Shown: positions 48,830-62,919 of the stretch, one piece after another
How positions within the stretch are numbered: the first letter of the stretch is position 1
How the letters are laid out: each line of letters starts with the position of its first letter
Source: Camelus dromedarius
Taxonomy: Eukaryota
Direction: 5' to 3'
Length of the DNA: 64,000 nt
Assembly: GCF_036321535.1 (NCBI RefSeq)
Contig: NC_087437.1
Span: 85,004,001 to 85,068,000 of the forward strand
The notes under the pieces: model-generated
The model's database searches: none
Told to the model about the DNA's origin: nothing
The model's input: the letters and a program-made list of their open reading frames with translations, nothing else
Position numbers and translations under genes: made by a program

Positions 48830-49950
48830 AACTCTATCTGTGTTCCACAAAATCAGAGCTTAAGGCAAGGGCTCACCTCAAGGAAATTTATTTGGAAATC
48901 AGATCATGCCGAATCAAATCAAATCATGACTGATAGGCAACAGGCATGAATAGCTAGAAAAAGTAAAATAGGAAGGGAGAAAAAAAGGCAATTAGGAAAA
49001 AACCAATGAAAGATTAGTGTAAAGTTGGCAACCACTGTAAGTAATAGTGTTCAATCCTACTGGGAATGTCTAAGTAGACTTACAGTATGAATTTCAGAGT
49101 TGTCTGCCTAGGCAATGCAAAGAAGAAGCATTTATCTATTGACTCTTTTTTTTTTTTAATTGAAGTACATTCAATTACAATGTGTCAACTTCTGGTGTAC
49201 AGCACAATGTCCCAGTCTTGCATATACGTGCGTATATTTGTTTTCATATTTTTTCCATTAAAGGTTATTACAAGATATTGAGCATAGTTCCCTGTGCTAT
49301 ACAAAAGAAACTTTTTTAAAATCTATTTTTATTTATTTTAAATCTATTTTATTTATTGGCTAACATTTGTAAATATCAAACTCCCAAATTTATTTCCTCC
49401 CACCCTGTTTACCGTAAGATTGTTTACTAAGTCTGAGAGTCTGTTTCTGTTTTGTAGGTGAGTTCAGAGTGTCCTTTTTTCTTTTTGGATTCCACATATG
49501 TGTGGTATCATGTGGCATTTTTCTCTTTTTCAGGTTTGCTTCACTTAGAATGACGATGTCTAGGTCCACCCATGTTACTACAAATTGCATTAATTTATTC
49601 TTTTTTATGGCAGAGTATTATTTCATTATATAAATATACCACAACTTCTTTATCCAGTCATCTGTCGATGGACATTGACTCTTAATTCCTGTTGGTTAAG
49701 GATTGCCCTGAGGTGGGAGAGGGTAGATTAATGCCGTACAGTTCCAGGTTAATAATATGTGAATATCAAGTGACCTCAAGTAGATATCCACATGTCTGGA
49801 ATCATAAAAGCCTTACGTGGGGAGGCAAGGGATGTATAGCACATGTTTGAAGTGAGGCGCTGTAGCCCCAATGTCACGAAGCCTGCATAGAACTGTTTGT
49901 AAAACTGAGGCTGGAATCAGATAAGGCCTCAGTCAGATGTGGTCAAAAAG
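48830..49950 (-). mobile_element. MaLR LTR (MLT1I/J-like), split by an L1
   Basis: gttccacaaaatcagagcttaaggcaaggg...tttatttggaa on the left; ggttaaggattgccctgagg... on the right of the L1. Confidence 0.55.
49148..49673 (-). mobile_element. 5'-truncated young L1 (~530 bp) with 10-bp TSD
   Basis: poly(T) then aattgaagtacattcaattac...; ORF2 C-terminus MQFVVTWVDLDIVILSE (ORF 49390-49590); TSD attgactctt at 49138-49147 and 49674-49683. Confidence 0.93.
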
Positions 49951-51109
49951 ATGTAAAGCGATGTTGAAGTGTCCAAGACAGCCCACCCATTTGAGATCTG
50001 CTCACACTCCTGCATGTACCATCACCTCCTACCCCAGTTTAACTAAATCCATCACTATCCTTCTTCCATGTGGGATATCAGTAAATGCTACAGAAGGTGA
50101 TGCAGGAAAAACAGTGGAATAAGTTATACTGATATCATAAGGTATAGGTATTCTCTCTAGTCAATGTTACCGAAATTATTGTTTTGACTGCACTTTAAAG
50201 TTTTATGTTGTGTTTTTTATCACAGTTAAAAATATTTTGAATTCCACTACAATTTCTTTGCATTTCAAGTATTTTATATATGTATGTATGTACCTTTTTT
50301 CCAAGGAAGAGGGCATTTTTAGTGTCTAATATTTCTGTTGATTTCTTATTTCAAAGTAGTGTATGTGTATGTATGTATGTATTGTGGTGAGTATGATATC
50401 TGGCCTTTTGTCTCTTCTGCGCCTTTACTACTTTATAATAGGGAATTTATTTACTAAGAAATTCAATGGCCAAATGCACACTAAAGTCTGGGGGAGTGCT
50501 GGAGTATGAAGATAAATTATAAGCTGGATGTCATACAAGAGCTCACGTTAGCCAAGTGGTTTATTCACTTAGTATATTCTAAGCAAGGAAAAATGATACT
50601 GGGCAACTTGTAAAGGCCAAGATTTGTAAAGAATTGGCAGACAGTCTTTCTAGTTGAGAAAATTTCTAAACTATCACCAAGTACCGTAGTGACGAACAGA
50701 ACAGAAGCAAGGAAGTGGTCCACTGCTCAGAAAGCCAAAAGTATAACAAGGCAAGAAGGACAGAGTTGACTAGAAACCAGAAACACCAGATCCACCTAGA
50801 TTACTGAACCAGTTCTGTGGAGAAAGCTTTGGGAGCAGAGCCACATTTTTCAATGGTGAATTTCAAAACTGCAAAACAATATTGCCTGAAAGTGACCTTT
50901 TAGGTTCTGAAAAGGATCATCATCTTCTCTGTTGAGGGTTGCATACACCTGGAGTTGTAATGCAACACTGGAAGATGAGGTACTTGATGAATGCCTCTGT
51001 GCTTTCAGTAAGCCAGGTTTTTTCTAATAAATTATTATGCTATCACCCTAAGAAGTTAACATACTTAACCTCTGTCTAATGAAGCTGTTAAATGTTTTAC
51101 TACTTTTAC

Positions 51110-51330
51110 GTTAATATAGCTTCCATTTATGGAGCACTTAATTTTGCTTTCCATGTAGTATTTTATTTAATTCTCTCAACAAACGGTTATGTTGGATAAT
51201 ATCTTACCAGCTTTGTACATGCACAAAAGGCAAGCTCAGCCCTTAAGGAACCTCTCCAAATGAAAACAGCTAGAAAGTGTTGGAGGAAAATTTCAACACA
51301 GGAAATCTAACTTGGAACTTGTGCTCACTT
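51110..51330 (-). mobile_element. MIR SINE
   Basis: catttatggagcactta...atttaattctctcaacaa...acagctagaaagtg antisense MIR. Confidence 0.65.
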
Positions 51331-51564
51331 TTATGTTGGATAGATATTTATGGCAAAGTCAATAACAAAAAGTGTTATTTTCTATGGCAATGTGATAAAA
51401 CTTTTTTTTTCTTATAGATGAAGATACAGATTTTTATTCTTCTATGCTTCCAGTACATCAGTTATATAATAGCAATAGGCACAACACCATGTGCCAAGCA
51501 TATTAGCTATAACTCTCCTTTCTCGATCCTGCTGAGGAGTATTTGTCACATTTTAAAGATACAA

Positions 51565-51595
51565 AACACAAAACAAAACAAAACAAAACAAAAAA
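51565..51595. repeat. (CAAAA)n pentanucleotide repeat
   Basis: about 5 units. Confidence 0.85.
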
Positions 51596-52391
51596 GCTCA
51601 GAGTCACAGTACTATTAAATAGAAGATGAAAGATACTCATATGCTTTCTGTTTTACTGCTCTGCCAATATGAGGAGAATCCAAACTATGTGTAACTACTC
51701 CATGAACTGCCTTTTGCCTTCATGCTTAAGGAGTGCAATGACACCATACTGAATGCTGGGCCACCATCCAGCAACACAAAGAACATGTACGTGGGAGCTA
51801 CTGATGGCTACTACCAAAGCAGTATCAGAGGAACAATTCTACCCTACCACAAACAACTATATTCTCTCTTGTTCTCATTTATCTTGCTTTTTGAAGTGTC
51901 CGTGATACTCCTCAGTGTATTTACAAATCTTATGGCTATGAGCCAAAGGGAATTAGTGTTCAATCCTAAGAAAAGCATAACAATAGACATGACTCTGATT
52001 GAGAATTATATTCTATTTCCTGACCTGATAGTTTAATGTGATGTTAAGTTTAGCATTTTTAATAAAATTCCCGCTTTTTTGCCTTTTTTCTATGTTGAAA
52101 AGAAGAGACAAAATATATAAGTAAAAAGTACTTGGTCTTTGGCTTGTCTCATTCCAGCTCAGTGGTCTGGATTACTCAATTAGCTGTGAGCAAAGCCATG
52201 GTCACCTTATAGTAATTCAACACAGCAGAAAAAACTGTCTTCAATAGAACTAAACAATTCATCTAATAGAATCTTTTTTTCTGATTGGCTTCTTGCTGCT
52301 CCAACTTAAAACCACTTGAAGACTTTCATTTTTGCTATTCATGGGTCAATCCTATATCCTCTTTATCTGTAAGAGTCAAAATGGATTTAAT

Positions 52392-52718
52392 CAGGACTCA
52401 AGAAACTTTTTCTGTACAGAGTTACAGAGTAAACATTTTTCGCTTTGAGGGCCACTTGGTTTCTTTCACAAACGTTCCATTTTAGTGTTGTAGCACAAAA
52501 GCATAGACAATATGTAAATGGTTTATTACAGCTCTGTTCCAGTAAACTTTAGAAGTGACATTTGGATTTTGTATATTTTTATGTGTCATGAAATATTATC
52601 CTTTTTTTGAATTTGTAATTATTTAAAAATGTAAAAAACTATTTTTAGCCACAGTGCTGTACAAAAAGCAGGCTCTTGGGTGAGTTTTGGTTCAGACATC
52701 ATAGTTTTCTGGCCACTG
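52392..52718. mobile_element. MER58B-like hAT-Charlie DNA transposon
   Basis: cagg...aaactttttctgta...gtaaacatttt...gtgttgtagcacaaaagcatagacaatatgtaaatg...ctgtacaaaaagcagg...atagtttt...ccactg; CAG...CTG termini. Confidence 0.85.
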
Positions 52719-53813
52719 AGTTAAAGAATAAAATTCAACAAAGGAAAGAAACAAGAGCTTTATTAAACAGGACTGCTGCTTAATATTTTTAGGTATTTAA
52801 AAAATTTGCAAACAAGAAACATTTTAAATACAATTAAATAACTATAGGGAGAATGATTTGACATCTGAAGAATGGTAAATGTGAAATATGAGCAAGTTTA
52901 TGTAAGTTGTTGTTATTCCATCAGTTGTATAACTAGTTTTTGTAAACTTAATCAGGTGCATCATGTTTCTATAAATAAACTGTGTCCCACTCCCATGGGT
53001 GAAATAAGCACTTAGACTCTACCTCATCTTTTCCATCTCAGAAACATTTTAAAACAATTTCTTTATTTTGGTGGGAAAACCCCAAGTTCCTGGGTATCAT
53101 GTAAGTGTGGGAGTAAATAGTTGCCTGTCATCTCTGCTCTGATGAACTTTGTTCTTAAACTTACCTGCTGAGGCTTCTATCCTGAAGGAGTATCAAGTTC
53201 TTTGGATTTCATTTCGATAAAGAATTTTGTGCACTTTTACGTTTTAAATACATTTTACTTTGATTAGTAAAGCTGTTATTTCTCTTCAGATTATTTCTGT
53301 TTTTCCCTCAAAGTGTCCATGCTTTAGTCAAATAAACTATAAAGTTTGGCAAACAAAATAGATTTTTTTTGTCACAATGCAGAACATCTCTTCAACAGCA
53401 AATACTGACATTATTGTAGTATCTAAGACAAAATACCATTTGTTTTTATTTTTAGTTAAGTTTATTTTTATTAATTTACCAGTTATAGAGATTGTATCAT
53501 TTTGCTTTCATGAAAAGTGTAATTTTTAAACTAATTCTTACATTAAAGAGTTATGGCAAAGAGGAAGGAGGAAGAAGAGAGGTCCAAGACTGGATTACAG
53601 AATTATTTACCAAAGCATCCAAATCACCACATCAACCTTTCCAATTTTATATTTCAATTTGGACTTCTGATAATTGACTAAAGAAGTTCTTCCATGTTAT
53701 CCCGATTTTGAAAAATCCCTGTGAAAATGATGAAGAAATCACTTTGTATCTAGATTCATTAAGTGTATGAAATATATTAACATAGCAAATAGCTTATTTA
53801 AGGATAAATGCTT

Positions 53814-53880
53814 ACAGTTAAGTTTTATTTAAAAACAGTTACGTTTTATTTAAAAACTATAGGTAATGTTTTATTTAAAT
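53814..53880. repeat. 21-bp tandem repeat (2 full copies plus a degenerate third)
   Basis: acagttaagttttatttaaaa / acagttacgttttatttaaaa / ...gttttatttaaa. Confidence 0.85.
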
Positions 53881-55244
53881 ATTGCTTTAGATGTGGAGTC
53901 TCATAGGTCAAAAACATGAATTCATACAATTGTAGTAAAAATCCTATTATAGGAGAATATTACTGTGAACATTTAATTCCCATATTTTCTTAAATTTACC
54001 TAAAACAGTATTTCTTAGGGTCTATCAAAATTGATTGATTATAACAAATTAAATATCATAAACACGTTGGTGGCACTTATATAATACTTATTTCAAAGTC
54101 TGGAAAAATGTAATAAATGAAACTTTATCATTCATGGAGTACTTTAAAGTATCTTATATGTTCTCAAGTACTTTGTCATTTAACTCCATTTTCCTCTTTT
54201 AATTTTTTTCCTCTTTCACTGCCTTGTTTTGTCATCTCATGTAGTAACTATAGGTTTATGCAATATTTCAGAATATTTCTTTATGTAATTTTACATGAAA
54301 ATTAAAGGTCAAAGAGCCTATTGAATATACATTTAAATTGATATTTTTATTTATAAAGGTAAATCTTAATTTGCTAGATTAGCTTCCTTCACTGGAAATT
54401 TTTTTTTCAGGGTGTGGGAAAAAAAATTTTTCCATTGGGTTTGTAGTCTTCTTATGTTGGTGTAAGAGGCAGAAAAAAGGGCTCTTTTGCTATATTTTTG
54501 AGAAATATTTCACTTTACCATTTTCCAGATCCCCAGACAGTAATACATTCTTATTTCTTTGTAAAGTTTTTGGCAATTATTTAGATGGTTGATGATCTGC
54601 ATACCATTACCCTCTATTTGAGGCACATAGAATGATTGTGATATTTCTCTGTTAGAAAAAGATTCAGTCAATTCTTTTTCATTTTGAAACAACATTGCAC
54701 ACCAGTAAGATACATTACATACGATCTCATGCATATGAAGTACTCATAAATTGAGAACTTTTGATGATTGATTCTGAAACTTAGAAATGTAAGTTCCCTT
54801 AATTCACTGACTGCAACATTAGAATTTATCTGACTCGATCATAGCAAGATTTTCTACATAAATTAAGTTCCGATGTAATTATGAGCAACACTTTATAGGA
54901 ATGAGTTTTTTTCTGATAAATACTGGTATTTTGAAAATGTTACTATTTAAATTATAAAATCCATAAACTTTAAGTAATTAAATATCTACATTGGAACATA
55001 TACCTTGAATAAAGCATCTGTGATACTGCATCTCGTTTCGATACAATTTAAGGCCAGTCAGTTTTGATAGCTTACAGCAGAGATTGATAACCCTTAATCT
55101 TTGTTAAGCTTCTTTATTGAAGACCATCAAGATTTAATTTTTTTAATCGTACCACTTGGTAGATAAATGGCTTATAAGTCTTTCTTTTTTCACTTTTCCA
55201 ATTAATCTGAATGTCATTTGAGAGGGCAGGGAACGGGAGAGCTT

Positions 55245-55267
55245 AAAAAAAAAAAAAAAAAAAAAAA
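55245..55267. repeat. A23 homopolymer
   Basis: direct reading. Confidence 0.95.
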
Positions 55268-57194
55268 GTCTTGCAAGCTAACTCTTACAAATACATTTTT
55301 TATCAATGTCAACTTCCAGATAATGCCATCTGTGCTAATTCCTCACCCTCTCTACTATAGTGCTTTAAGTTGTCTTTCACTTTGAATTATCAGACAACTG
55401 ACCCTGGCCTAACCCTGTCAGCTTTAGTTCAGAGGAACTCTCACAAAAGACAGGCCTCTGATCTGACAAATTGATTGGCTGCAAGGAACAGTTTAACTGG
55501 AAAAGTATCTCCCTAAAAAGTGATAAAGCCGTTTTATTCCCAGCTTACAGCTTTGGGTATGTGGGAAGAATTTATAAAATGTCCAACAGAAGAAGGAAGC
55601 ATTCTGAGTAATCTGGGAAGCTGGTATAAAAGGATGCCATAAAATGTCCACGGCTTTCTGTTTAATGATAGTTCTGAGAGTTATCAGCAACTATATTTTA
55701 GTTAAAAGCCTTTAAGTGAAGGTTAATTGAAAATGATCATCCTAATTAGAAAACAAATATTAAAATTCTCTTAGGGTTTCCAAGCTGACTTTAACTGGAG
55801 CATAATGATTAGGTGTGGGGGTAATAAATTGCAATTTACAGAAAAACTATCAATTGGATTAAGGAACAAGTTGACAGTATCCTTTCTCCGATGAAGCTGT
55901 TAGAGTAACTTCTGTCCATGGAGCTCTGATTCTTGTCACATAATCTTGCTATTAGCAATCAATACTCCAGTAAATTTTTATCCAGAAGAAGATTTATGAT
56001 CACATTTTCATCAGGGTTCAAGAAGTGGAAAAATAGAATTTGACAATTTTTGATCCATGAAAATATTTTTAAAACCAATATAAAATCTAAAGAATGTATT
56101 CTTTAAAGTACTTGACTATTACAACTATACCACATGGTAAAATTAGGACTGTTTCCACCTCTTTTCTTGACATTTCTTTTTTGTTTTCCTTCCCTTTCAC
56201 TTTTCCCCCTCCCATGGCATCTTTTCTTTTTTCTGTACTCCTACGTCATAAAAGGTATGCCCTAAATTAACTGCAGCCTGTGTACCCCTTTTATTCTGGG
56301 GACATTGATGATGACCCATCTGTTTCCCATAAAGTATGCCCAAACAAGACCAAGATCAAGGATGGAGAAAATTATTACACCTTCTGATGGGAAAAGCTAC
56401 AGCATAGATTCGACGTTAGGAAGTAATAGAATATATGTCCTCAATCCTCTCTCCTACCTGAAATGAGGACGTGGGGTCTGGAGGAAGGAAGGCCACCCTG
56501 ATGTCAGACAGTTAAAAATTACCCGTAATGGTAATGTCAGAATTGAGAGTCAAGGTGTGCTCCAGCAAGTGTTGTATAAAGAATTCTATGACAATCCTAA
56601 TAGCTATCCTAGGACTGGCATGACTGTGTGTGTTTCCACTGTACATAGCCTTCATTGATTTCTAGTTTTATTCTAACTTGGTCCTCTGGCTTTCCTGGCA
56701 ATCATGTTAGCCACATGATAGTTCTCTGTTTCACTGTATTCCTGCCAAACTTATCCAGAGTACATTTGCATTATTTGCAGATGCCTGATCGGATGTTTTT
56801 GGATGAGGGAAACAAAGGCTCTAAATTGACCCTCATTTTAAGCTTAGGTGTTTGGGATGATGTTGGAGATGCTTTCCAAGAGTGAATACAAGTCCTTCCA
56901 TGGAAAGATACAATATAATCTTTCTAATGACCATTTAAGTCTAATTTCTGTGTAGTTTAAGATATTATAAACAAATAATAAAAAATAAGCTCAACATAAC
57001 ACCTTGCATAGCCTTACGTATAGACATTTTTAATAATTTTTTTGAATATTTGGCAATAGCCAACATATAAAATTGATTATCTCTTTCAAGTCAGATAAAG
57101 GGTTTAGGGTCAAAAAAAATGACTGGGACACAATTAAACCATACTTTAGATAACATATCTAGATAACTTTGATATTCACTCAATAATTATGTTT

Positions 57195-57674
57195 TTATTT
57201 TTTTCCTATTGTTTTTGTAGTTGATGTATGATTGATTTGCAATATTGTGCTACTTTCAGGTGTATAGCAAAGTGATGCAAAAATATTATTTTCCATTACA
57301 GGTTAATATAAGATATTGAATATAGTTTCCTTTGGTATACAGTAAATCCTTGTTGTTTTATCTATTTTATATATAGTAGTTTGTATCTGTTAATCTCATA
57401 CTCAATTTATCCCTACTATCTCTTCCCCTTTGAAAATCATAATTTTGTTTACTATGTCTCTGAATCTGTTTTTGTTTATATGTAGATTTATATATATATA
57501 AATATGGATATTTATATATATAGATATAGATAGACTTGTTTGTATATAGATTTGTATTGTTTAGATTCCACATAAAAATTATGTTAACTTGCTTCACTAA
57601 GTATAATATTCTCTAGGTTCTTCCACCTTGTTGTAAACAACATTATTTCATTTTTTATGGCTGAGTAATATTCC

Positions 57675-57724
<50 letters not shown>

Positions 57725-58648
57725 CACATCTTCTTAAGGCAGTTGTCTGTTGATAGGCACCTGGGTTGCTACCATGTCTTGACTATCCTAAGTAGAGGTG
57801 CTATGAACATTGAGACGCCTGTATCTTTTCAAATTAGAGTTTTTGTTTTTTTCTGGATAAATACCCTGTAGTGGGATTGCTGGATCATTTGGTAGCTCTA
57901 TTTTTAGTTTTTCAAGGAAAATCCATGCTGTTTTCCATAGTGATTGCATGAATTTGCATTCCCATCAGTAGTGTAGAAGGGTTCCCTTTTCTCCACACTT
58001 TCTCCAGAAAATATTATTTGTAGATTCTTTTTGGTGATAGCCATTCTGACAGGTGTGAGGTGATACCTCATTGTAGTTTTGATTTGCATTTCTCTAATTA
58101 TTAGCGTTGTTGAGCATCTTTTCATGTGCCTGTTGGCCAACTGTATGTTTTTTTGGAGAAATGTTTATTTAAGTCTTCTATCCATTTTTGATTAAGTTAT
58201 GTGTTATGATGTATGTTTTAGAAATTAGTCAGCCACATAGTTTGCAAATATTTTCTCCCAACGCATAGTTGTCTTTTCATTTTGCTGATAGTTTCCTTTG
58301 CTGTGCAAAAGCTTTTAAGTTTGATTAAGTCCTATTTCTTTATTTTTGCTTTTATTTATTTTACATTTAGAGATTGATCTAAGAAAATATTGCTACAATT
58401 TATATCAGAGAAAGTTTTGCCTATATTCTCCTCTAGGAGATGTATGATGTCATGTATTATTTTTAGGATATTTAGATGTTTAAACCATTTTGAGTTAATT
58501 TTTGTGTATTGGATGAGGGAGTGTTATAACTTCATTGATTTACATGTAGCTGTCCTGCTTTCCCAACACCACTTGTTGAAGAGACTGCCTTTTCTCTGTT
58601 GTATATTCTTGCCATCTTTGTCATAGATTAATTAACCGTAGGTATATG
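57195..58648 (-). mobile_element. 5'-truncated L1 (~1.45 kb, older artiodactyl-type) with probable TSD
   Basis: ORF 57904-58140 [34 protein letters not shown] is L1 ORF2 C-terminal; flanks aataattatgttt (57182-57194) and aataattctgttt (58649-58661). Confidence 0.92.
57676..57721. repeat. (TG)23 microsatellite inside the L1
   Basis: perfect dinucleotide run. Confidence 0.98.
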
Positions 58649-61600
58649 AATAATTCTGTTTGTTAAATAGTTTATGTTTCATTTTAACATTTGCTATTGC
58701 TCACTGATTTTTTTAAATGTTCATCACTTTTTAGAAATTACTTACTATTTGTATTATTTTCAGCATTATTAAATGAATTGCCACTTATAGGAAAACTAGT
58801 AGTATAATAATGTGCACCCTTCATAGTTTTTAATTTTTAATTACCTAACACTATGTTAGCCATAATGCTTTCTCACTTAGTGTAATGTTGAATATTGGTT
58901 TGACAAAGAGGACAGAAAAAAGGTTTTACAAAAATAAAGCAGGCAAAAAGAAAAATAATCTCATTGATAATATGATCCAAAATCAAGAAAAGTTCCAATT
59001 AGGTTTAGCATTTTGAAATACTATGTATAAGAAAACAGAGAATGAAAATACAGCATATCTAATAGAATATGACCTTGAATATACTTCGAATTAAAAACAC
59101 AGGTCTTACATATTTTTTTTTCCTTTTTCTTTACTGTATTAGATGTAGTTATTTAGAGTTAATCTAGTCCAACTTTCAGAGATTGAGAGTCAGGGAGGAG
59201 GATAAACGTTAGGTGCATCAAACTGAGACAGTAAATCAACAGTGCTTACATTACTGGGAGCACTTGTCTTCTGACATCCCACTTCGTGTGTATAGAGAAT
59301 TCACCAAGGACCTCACCATTTGATCTTGTTACTATGGGAGTGGAAAATGCCCTTGCCCAGCTGCCAACATTCAGTTACCCCAGAAGTATCTACAGCCTGC
59401 ATGCATCCTCCCAAAATAACGATGAAAGCAAAGGATCCTGGGGATATAGGAGTTGGACAGAATCACTTATATGTACTTTGGAGTTGAAAAGAGCAAACTA
59501 AAACACTGCACATTGATATGGTAGGAAATGTTAAATATATATACATTTTAAAAGCAAGTATATGTTTGTTTTAAATAACAATGGCAAAAGTTTATTCTTG
59601 AAAGAGTGAACTTCAATTGTCAAAATAATCAGTTTACTTAGAATAACATTTTATCCAAGAATATTTTTAAATGAGGAGCTATGAGGTTCATATTTAACTA
59701 CAATTTGTTTCTGTCTTGGGACTAACCTAAGTGAGTTTTAATTGTCCGTTCTTTGACTTCTTCCATTTCTCAGCTCCTGCGTCTAGCTCAAAACACCTAT
59801 TTATATCTAGATTTCTCACATTCTCCAGTTTTCATGAAATGAGCATATCCCTCTCTCTAGTAGTCCTTTATCTTTTCTCTACCGATTGTATAATACCACA
59901 AGTCAAAGTAATAGTGAAAATAGTAATAAAATAAGAGTGAGTATTCCCTTTATATTATTTTAACTAACATTTAGCTGAGACCCAGGGACATTGATGTGCA
60001 CAAAGAAACTATTTGATCATGAAGATTCCTTTTTGTTTGTAATCTCAACTGAAACCTTTTGAATATACAGACTTTAACAAATGCGCTATGAGAAAAAAGA
60101 TACTAGAACAATAGCACGCCGTGTCAGATAATGATATTGAAAATGCTGCAAAACTCCTTAGCAAAGAGCCGTACTTCCAATTCACATCTTTATATTTGAC
60201 ACGGTACAGAGTATGTATAGATTTAGTAAAAAAGTCTAAAAGATTTATTCACTGACAAACCTTTTTTGAAAAAATCTTTTGTACATCAATCATTATGAAT
60301 AGTTTGGGCTACAAAGCTCTAATACCCTTTATCAAATTGAAAACTTTTTAGTATATCTTTATATGTAGATACAACATTTTTCTTTCTTTAATGGAAAATT
60401 GAATTACCCATTTCTTATGTTAGTATTAACCTTTCAAAAAGCACCAGAAGTTTAAAACACAGGATAGATACTGATTATTAAAGTAAAATTTTAAACAAAT
60501 TTTGCACTCAACTAATTTTTTAAAAGAACTAGTATTTTAATATACTTTAGAATGTCAAAGTTTTTATTTCATAAACTACATTTAAAAATTTTTCTGATTT
60601 TAGTGCTATAATACATCATGTTGCATCATTCAGTCATGCTAGTTTTGATCCATGTGGTTTTCAAGTCAGTTGGGTTATTTTCAGCACAGCATGAAAGAAG
60701 AGTTTAATCACTTTAATCCAAGCCATTTGCTTCATGTAATGTCAGTGTATGCATGAAAATGTTAGCAAATATTTTTCCAAATATGCTATGATACACAATG
60801 AAGAAAAGGAAAAGTACAAAACTATTCTACCTGTGTTGAGCTGAAATCATCCCACCTAAGAAAGTATTTTTAAGTCATACTTCCTGAACATTTAACTTCA
60901 TACAGGTTTAATTATATTTTCCTGTACTGCTACAGATGAAAGTGTATCTACAGAGAAATGGCATTTATTCCTGCAGTGCTTGATTATGTTTTAGGTACAC
61001 ATAAAACTCATCCTGTTCTGTAACAGATTGTGAAACTAATTCTTTATAATGGTGCTGTTAAATGTATACATTTGTACCTTCTATCTGAAATAAGTCTTTG
61101 GCTGTTTAATATCACTAGTTTCACATTTCACTGGAGGGGAAAACACAAATAGCTCTGCTATCCAGAGTTTTGCCCATGAAATGTTTCCTAACAAGCGTTG
61201 CCATGTCAAATATAAGTGGATTGGCTTTAGAAGATTAGTCAAACCGCTTTACTATTTACCTGTGAAAATTGAGGTCTTGAGTTCACGGAACTAAATGATT
61301 TCCCTTACAAAGTAGTTCTCCAAGTTGCTAAGTCATAACTAAACAGGCTTTTTCAGAAACAAAAGAGCATTTTCTTGACCTATAGCACATATTTCCTGAA
61401 ATTCTAACAACATTTCCTTAAAATGCATACACTTATGTAAGAATGGACCCACTATAGTAGTTTTCAGCCATTTAGCTATGCTTTCTCTGTGGGTCAGGAA
61501 GTGTTTGACTTTCTATTTTATTCTATTTTTAATATATTGTAACAGTGAGAGGAGAATATTATTATTCTTTTACAACTGGAAATTTTTAAAGAAGGTTTTC

Positions 61601-62919
61601 AGATGTTTAGCATTTTTAAAGTTATTTTTTTACAAATGATTTTTAGAAAGGAGCAGCAAATTAGGAGTTAAAAGTAGTATCAGAAAAGCCATAGGTGGCT
61701 TAGACAATCAGAGCCTTTACAAGGGAAGCACATAAAAATTACAATAGTTTTCATATATTGTCCAATGTACTTTACAAATAAAACTCAGACCAGTTATATG
61801 TGTTTTCAAAATCCTATTAGGGTAGTAATATTTTTCAAAATTATTAATTTGTACATGTTCCCTTGACATATAACTGATCATTTTAGTTATGATTAACTTA
61901 CTGATATCTAGAAAAATTTATCATTGTTAGTTGTGCTTGAAAATTATAATTGGGACACTTTTGTATATTATAGTATCTTCATGTAAACAATTTTTTTTAC
62001 TTATTTTGATAAATTATATTTTCTAGTAAAGATTTACCACATAGTATAGCTGAAATTGACCTTTTGAGGTCATCTCATCAGATACCTGTCTCCTATAAAA
62101 ATCAACTTGAACCTGAATCTCTCCTATACTTGAAAATCTCTAGAAAATGAGAATCATATACTGCTCTTCTAAATAAATGGTTACAGATTTCTGAAGAATT
62201 TTGTTTTTAATCAAAATACATAATGGCAGTGCTTATATTTAATGTGATATTTCAGTCACAAGTTAGACTTCACATAAATTGTTTGCTAATAAGTCGAGCA
62301 GCCTTAATTTTTCTGTCATTGCAATTCTAGAAGAAGTCAGAAGACTCACCCTCTAAGGAAAGCACATATGCAATTTAAAGCCATTGCGTGACTACTTTTC
62401 CCTTGGGCAGTGTAATGCTCAGCTGAACATTGAAGACACTAGACTGTCATGGGAACGAGATGATAGGGAAAATGTAGTTAAAAGGCAGAGGCAGTTTTGT
62501 AAAGTTCAGCACCTTTAAGTTTCTCAAAAGGAAGAGTATGGCTTACTGTCATAAGCAGTAAATAACATGAATGAGAGCACATCTTGTTCCTAAAAGGGCA
62601 TCAATAAAGAATCAAATTAATAACACACAGACAACACTAAAAACAGTATCTCTGGCCTTCTCACCAGTTGTACAAAGTCCACTGGTTTTGCATAAACAAT
62701 CACAAGAGATTTTTCTTCATTCTCGTACTGTATAACTCATTACTCAGCCACGAACTTTTAATAGAATTGAGATAAAATTGCAGTGCAGACTTATATATAT
62801 TTAAATTCTTCCAAAAACATAATTTTTTTTTCAGGAGGAAAAAAAACAGTTAAAACTTATATTTCCAATAGTTGCAAAGTCTTTTTTACCTTAGCATTTT
62901 CCAAGTTACCTTATATTTT

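Noticed and set aside
50470..51000. Purine-rich segment that might be a processed pseudogene or ancient LTR
   Set aside because: No long ORF, poly(A), TSD or recognisable family; left unannotated.
51722..52036. 104-aa ATG-initiated ORF with a hydrophobic stretch
   Set aside because: No recognisable homology, promoter or splice context; hydrophobic runs are expected from T-rich DNA.
53159..53190. Minus-strand CAG|GTAAGT donor with a possible 17-nt microexon
   Set aside because: Short acceptor tract, no partner exons, and such donors are expected by chance in 64 kb.
54393..54434. Imperfect hairpin tggaaa(T)n...(A)n tttttcca
   Set aside because: The stem is mostly homopolymer; no support for a structured RNA.
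57486..57522. Palindromes in (TA)n within the L1 3' UTR
   Set aside because: Self-complementarity is a trivial consequence of TA repeats.
60115..60255. Protein-like open frame (AVSDNDIENAAKLLSKEP...)
   Set aside because: Preceded by an in-frame stop, with no usable acceptor and no recognised homologue.
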